DNA of 64,000 bases from an uncultured Pelagibacteraceae bacterium. Lineage in GTDB: Bacteria; Pseudomonadota; Alphaproteobacteria; Pelagibacterales; Pelagibacteraceae. Positions 59,898-64,000 of the stretch are shown here, piece after piece. The stretch lies in contig CACPKQ010000005.1 of assembly GCA_902634455.1 (NCBI GenBank), forward strand, positions 302 through 64,301. Direction: 5' to 3'. Position numbers and translations under genes: made by a program. Each line of letters starts with the position of its first letter. Position 1 is the first letter of the stretch. The notes under the pieces are model-generated. The model searched no databases. It saw only the letters and a program-made list of their open reading frames with translations, and was not told where the DNA came from.

Positions 59898-60674
59898 TTA
59901 AGAAAATGGTGTGCAAATAGATCTTTTTTTATCTTTTGTTATAAAATCAATTACATTTTTAACTAATGGATTTTCTTGAAATGAGCCATTTAATTTAGTT
60001 ATATTTTCATTAATATTTTTTGTAGCAAAAATCTCCTTATAAGCCTCGCTCAAGCCTAAAATATCTTTATTTTCAAATTTGGCTCTTCTTAAGCCTATTA
60101 AATTTAACCCTTGTAATAAATTTCTATTTCCTGTTGATAATCCATAAGGAATTACATCATGTAATACTCCTGTCATTCCACCAATCATGGCCATCTTACC
60201 AATTCTTGTGAATTGTTGGACTGCAGAGTTTCCTCCTATTACAACATTATCTTCAATAATTGCATGGCCACCTAAAGGAACATTGTTAGCAATTATTACA
60301 TTGTTTCCTACCTGACAATCATGAGCGATATGTGATGAAATCATAAATAAACAATTATTTCCAATAACTGTTTTGCCACCACCACCAACTGTTCCTGGAT
60401 TAATTGTTACGTATTCTCTGATCTTATTATTATCTCCAATTATCAGATTAGTTGGCTCTCCAGCATATTTTAAATCTTGTGGATCGTTAATAGAAACAAA
60501 GGGGTATATCTTATTCCCTTTACCAATTTTAACATTTCCAGAAATATTTACATGTGATTTAATAACGGTGTTTTCACCAACCTCAACATTGGGGCCTATT
60601 ACGCAATAAGGACCTACTTGAACATTTTTATCTAATTTTGCCTTTGAATCAATGATTGCAGTTTTGTCTATCAT
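59898..60674 (-). CDS. lpxA: UDP-GlcNAc acyltransferase
   Basis: Hexapeptide repeats, PQDLKY, IRE, HIAHDC. Confidence 0.95.
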   Translation of the reverse strand: MIDKTAIIDSKAKLDKNVQVGPYCVIGPNVEVGENTVIKSHVNISGNVKIGKGNKIYPFVSINDPQDLKYAGEPTNLIIGDNNKIREYVTINPGTVGGGGKTVIGNNCLFMISSHIAHDCQVGNNVIIANNVPLGGHAIIEDNVVIGGNSAVQQFTRIGKMAMIGGMTGVLHDVIPYGLSTGNRNLLQGLNLIGLRRAKFENKDILGLSEAYKEIFATKNINENITKLNGSFQENPLVKNVIDFITKDKKRSICTPFS

Positions 60675-61651
60675 CTATTGTCTTTTATAAATTCTCTTAA
60701 ATTTTTAGCTGGATATCCCATGACTTTGGTATTGTCAGGTATATTATTTATAACGCCACTACCACCTCCTATTTGGACATTATTTCCAACTTTTAAATGA
60801 CCTGAAACACCAGCCTGGCCACCAATCATAACATTATTACCTAAAGTAGAGCTTCCTGCGAAACCAACTTGACCAGCAATAATACAATTGTCTCCAATTT
60901 TATTATTATGAGCAATATGTACTTGATTATCTAAATATGTATTTTTACCGATTATCGTATTTGATAACGAACCTCTATCTATTGTAGAACCACATCCAAT
61001 TTCACAATTCTCATTTATTATAACAATTCCTATATGGGGATATCTTATATTTTTTTTCTGATTTGGAAAAAAACCAAAACCCTTTTTACCTATAACACAT
61101 CCATCTAAAATATTTACGTCATCTTTAACAATTGTATTTCTTATAATTACATTAGAACCAATTGAACAATTGGCACCAATAACTACATTTTTTTCAATAA
61201 TTGTATTATGACCAATTAAACAATTTCTTCCTATTTTAACATTGCTGCCTATTAAAACATTTTTTCCAAATTTTACTTTTTTCTTGAAAGATGTTTTAGA
61301 AATATCTTTTGCAGAGTCATCAAAATCGTCAACAATTGATTTTGGATAAAATTCTTTTGTAATTTTTGCCATTGCTAATAATACATTTTTAACAATAATT
61401 TTCTTACACGAACTCGGTAAAAATTGAGAAAGATTATCTAAGGTAATACAGTAAGATGCTTTTGTTTTCGATGCTAATTCAGAATAATTTTTTGAATGAA
61501 AAAAAGTTAAATCCTTATCAGTAGCAGTCATTAAATCTGAAACATTATAAATTTTATCTTTTTTAAAATTTTCTTTGTTTTCAATATCAGTTTTGCTTAG
61601 TAATTTTTCTATATTAAAAGGACCAACATTTTTAAAAAAAGGATTTAACAT
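60671..61651 (-). CDS. lpxD: UDP-3-O-acyl-glucosamine N-acyltransferase
   Basis: Hexapeptide repeats, GFGF, TIDRG, DNQVHIAHN, GYPA. Confidence 0.94.
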   Translation of the reverse strand: MLNPFFKNVGPFNIEKLLSKTDIENKENFKKDKIYNVSDLMTATDKDLTFFHSKNYSELASKTKASYCITLDNLSQFLPSSCKKIIVKNVLLAMAKITKEFYPKSIVDDFDDSAKDISKTSFKKKVKFGKNVLIGSNVKIGRNCLIGHNTIIEKNVVIGANCSIGSNVIIRNTIVKDDVNILDGCVIGKKGFGFFPNQKKNIRYPHIGIVIINENCEIGCGSTIDRGSLSNTIIGKNTYLDNQVHIAHNNKIGDNCIIAGQVGFAGSSTLGNNVMIGGQAGVSGHLKVGNNVQIGGGSGVINNIPDNTKVMGYPAKNLREFIKDNR

Positions 61652-61705
61652 AAAAGAATATCTATCAAAAGTTTCGATATTCTTTGTATCAACTATTATT
61701 ACTAA

Positions 61706-62155
61706 TTATTTTCTGTCTACTATTGTGGCCGACCACTGAGCATCTGCCATTTTTTTTCCCTCTACAAAGGCTTCTCCCTTATATTTCCATACTTTTCCAT
61801 GAGATCTGATGGCTTCAATATTTAATTCTAGTTTGCTATCTGGTACTACAGGATTCCTAAACCTTGCTTTTTCAACACTCATTAAGAAAACTAGTTTATT
61901 TTCATATACAGATTTATCAATACCAGCCGCTGTAAGAGCGGCAGCTGCTTGTCCAAAAGCTTCAACAATTAATACTCCTGGCATAATAGGTTGGCCTGGA
62001 AAATGACCTTGAACAAAAAAACTATCTTTTTTAACATTTACTATAGCAGTTGCTGATAGTAGTTTTTTTATATTTATTAATTCATCGATCAAAAGCATAG
62101 GTTCACGATGTGGTAATAGTTTTCTTATTTGTTCTTTGTTTAGAAAATCAGTCAT
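61706..62155 (-). CDS. fabZ: 3-hydroxyacyl-ACP dehydratase
   Basis: LPHREPMLLID, GHFPGQPIMPGVLIVEA. Confidence 0.95.
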   Translation of the reverse strand: MTDFLNKEQIRKLLPHREPMLLIDELINIKKLLSATAIVNVKKDSFFVQGHFPGQPIMPGVLIVEAFGQAAAALTAAGIDKSVYENKLVFLMSVEKARFRNPVVPDSKLELNIEAIRSHGKVWKYKGEAFVEGKKMADAQWSATIVDRK

Positions 62156-62679
62156 TAATTGAATTTAATTTCAGTTATTTCTTTATCTACAATCTTTAAT
62201 AAATCTTCTGTTTTATTAAGTTCAGACTTACCAATAACAATATTTTTTTTTTGCAAAAAAATAGATATAGAATTTTCATTCGAATATTTAATTAATAAAG
62301 GTTTTATAGCTTTAAATAATAATTCAGAAACTTGAATTTTTTTTTTATTAAAATTATTTATTCTTTTATTTTTTTCTTGATTATAAATTGTAACTTCTTC
62401 ACGTAGTTTTTTTAATTTACTTTCTAATTCAGAATTATCCAAAATGTTTCTTTGAGAAATAATTTTTAATTCTTGATTTTTAAAGTCTTCTTCTTTTTGC
62501 TTAAAGTAATTTTGATTTTCTAATGAAATTTTATTTAAATTTTCAGTTAATTTTTTTCCTGCAATAGAATTATTAAATATTAATTCCATATCTATGTAAG
62601 CTATTTTAGTTTCAGCCTTAAGGTTATTATTAGTAAATAATAAAGAACAAAAAAAAACAATAGTAATTAAATTTTTCAT
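62155..62679 (-). CDS. skp: Skp/OmpH periplasmic chaperone
   Basis: Signal peptide, KIAYID, long coiled coil; downstream of bamA. Confidence 0.85.
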   Translation of the reverse strand: MKNLITIVFFCSLLFTNNNLKAETKIAYIDMELIFNNSIAGKKLTENLNKISLENQNYFKQKEEDFKNQELKIISQRNILDNSELESKLKKLREEVTIYNQEKNKRINNFNKKKIQVSELLFKAIKPLLIKYSNENSISIFLQKKNIVIGKSELNKTEDLLKIVDKEITEIKFN

Positions 62680-64000
62680 TAAAAAGTTGTTCCAAGATTA
62701 AATCTAAATTCTTCAGTAACATCAGTGCTATTTTTAGTTAAAGGTGCTGCGAATGAAAAATTTAATGGTCCGACTGGAGTAAACCAGTCTATAGTAATAC
62801 CTGTTGAAGTCCTTATTTTAGATGAATCATCTATACTACTGCTGTAATCAATACCCCATACATTTGCCGCATCTAAAAAAAATTTAAAATCTGCATTTTG
62901 AAAATTAGATAAAATGAATGGCAAGTCTGTTGAAAGATTTAATGCTGCTGCATAATTACCTCCAACAAAATCAGCACCGTCAACTGGTCCAATTTTTCCG
63001 GGAACAAAACCTCTAAGCTTATTTGGAGATAGGAAACTTCTTTTAGAAATTCTTACATCTTTATCTGTAATGGAGTTAACTGTTTGAATATAAAAACTCA
63101 ATCTACCAACCATTTCGTCAACAAATTCTGTATAATTAGTATATTCAAAAGTATTAATAAGAGACCCGTCATCTGTTAGCAAAGGTAAAGTTTGTGCAAA
63201 ATATGTTCTGTATCCATCTGTTGTTTTATATTTTTGGTCTCTATTATCTAACACAAACGAATAAGGTATTGTAACTTCAAAAGATTCGCCACTTTGTTTT
63301 TGTAATGCACTAGAGGCTTTGTCAGTTGTTTTTAAATCTTCTTGATAAATTGAAAAAGAAGGGCTTACAAAAAGTTTGTCATATTGTTCAAAACTAGTAC
63401 CAAGTTTAAAACCGTATTTTGTAGTTTCGTATCCAAAATCATCCAGATTGTTTTCATTTGAGCTTTCTATTCTAAGAAAAACCACATTATCAGTATTTTT
63501 GTAATTTGGGTTAGTAATATCCAATAATCCTTTAACACCATCTGTACTTAATGATAAATTTGCATTTAATCCAATTCCACGACCTAAATAATTTTTTTCT
63601 CTTACACCAAAAGAAATTGAATTACTGACTGTACCTACTCCAGCTCCAGCAGAAATTTCTCCTGTAGGTTTTTCTTCAACTTCTATGTTTAAATGTTTAA
63701 AATTTTTTGAAGAACCTTTTTCAATAGTTGATTTTACTTCTTTAAATATTTGTAAAGATTTAAGATTGTTTAAAGATTTATTTGATAAAATTTCATTATA
63801 AGGATCACCTTCATCTATAAGCAGAGAATTTCTTATTACTTCTTCTCTTGTATAACTATTTCCAAAAACATTTATTTTTTCAACATAAAGCTTTTCAGAC
63901 TCATCAACATTAATACTAAAATTTATTTTGTTTCCAACTATTTCTTCAGATATTTTAGCATTAATAAATTGATATTCTTTTTGTAAAGCTATTTTATCAA
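62679..64000 (-). CDS. bamA: Outer-membrane protein assembly factor BamA (partial; 5' end beyond window)
   Basis: Frame open to the window edge: GNSYTREEVIR (POTRA), EKPTG, NYLGRG, LRGF, TPVGPL, C-terminal GTTF. Confidence 0.95.
   Translation of the reverse strand, partial: DKIALQKEYQFINAKISEEIVGNKINFSINVDESEKLYVEKINVFGNSYTREEVIRNSLLIDEGDPYNEILSNKSLNNLKSLQIFKEVKSTIEKGSSKNFKHLNIEVEEKPTGEISAGAGVGTVSNSISFGVREKNYLGRGIGLNANLSLSTDGVKGLLDITNPNYKNTDNVVFLRIESSNENNLDDFGYETTKYGFKLGTSFEQYDKLFVSPSFSIYQEDLKTTDKASSALQKQSGESFEVTIPYSFVLDNRDQKYKTTDGYRTYFAQTLPLLTDDGSLINTFEYTNYTEFVDEMVGRLSFYIQTVNSITDKDVRISKRSFLSPNKLRGFVPGKIGPVDGADFVGGNYAAALNLSTDLPFILSNFQNADFKFFLDAANVWGIDYSSSIDDSSKIRTSTGITIDWFTPVGPLNFSFAAPLTKNSTDVTEEFRFNLGTTF

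Noticed and set aside
1195-62006. Many short overlapping ORFs in the track (e.g. 1195-1533, 18944-19285, 21841-22389, 22646-22969, 26549-26857, 33151-33480)
   Set aside because: They are antisense or alternate-frame shadows of well-supported genes, with no motifs.
63524-64000. bamA truncation or frameshift suggested by the ORF track start at 63524
   Set aside because: The reading frame stays open upstream to the window edge. The track only picked the first available start codon.
1-64000. CRISPR arrays, rRNA, IS elements, riboswitches
   Set aside because: I saw no spaced direct repeats, rRNA-like GC-rich tracts, transposase ORFs or structured leaders. A covariance-model search was not run, so small ncRNAs cannot be excluded.

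Overview
This is a very AT-rich, gene-dense window from a streamlined marine alphaproteobacterium, most likely Pelagibacterales/SAR11. The assignment rests on gene content, tiny or overlapping intergenic spacers, Lys-rich proteins and collapsed alphaproteobacterial synteny. Two core blocks flank an accessory block of about 20 kb (roughly 4.8-24.9 kb) that has no integrase or transposase. The left core block is argS-dgt-erpA-xth. The right core block is manC-ilvD-valS, tRNAs, aapJQMP, trkAH, ntrYX, ispDF...eno-kdsA-pyrG-secG-tpiA, trpEGDC, lexA, gltX and lpx-fabZ-skp-bamA. The accessory block holds two modules. (i) A leaderless zur sits under a perfect 20-bp Zur-box palindrome and is translationally coupled to an unannotated His-rich 3-TM protein, a candidate minimal Zn importer. 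Next to it are arsC and a PiT-like permease. (ii) A divergent cluster combines a family-5 ABC importer, an FAD oxidoreductase, a 2OG-Fe(II) oxygenase and a MATE with a phosphonate monoester hydrolase, a core MetE-like Zn enzyme, phnA, a non-canonical PhnY-position aldehyde dehydrogenase, phnW and an AllA-like cupin. This looks like an undescribed route for importing and dismantling esterified or modified C2-phosphonates. ntrY carries a single-base homopolymer frameshift. All family calls come from motif recognition by eye; no database searches were run.
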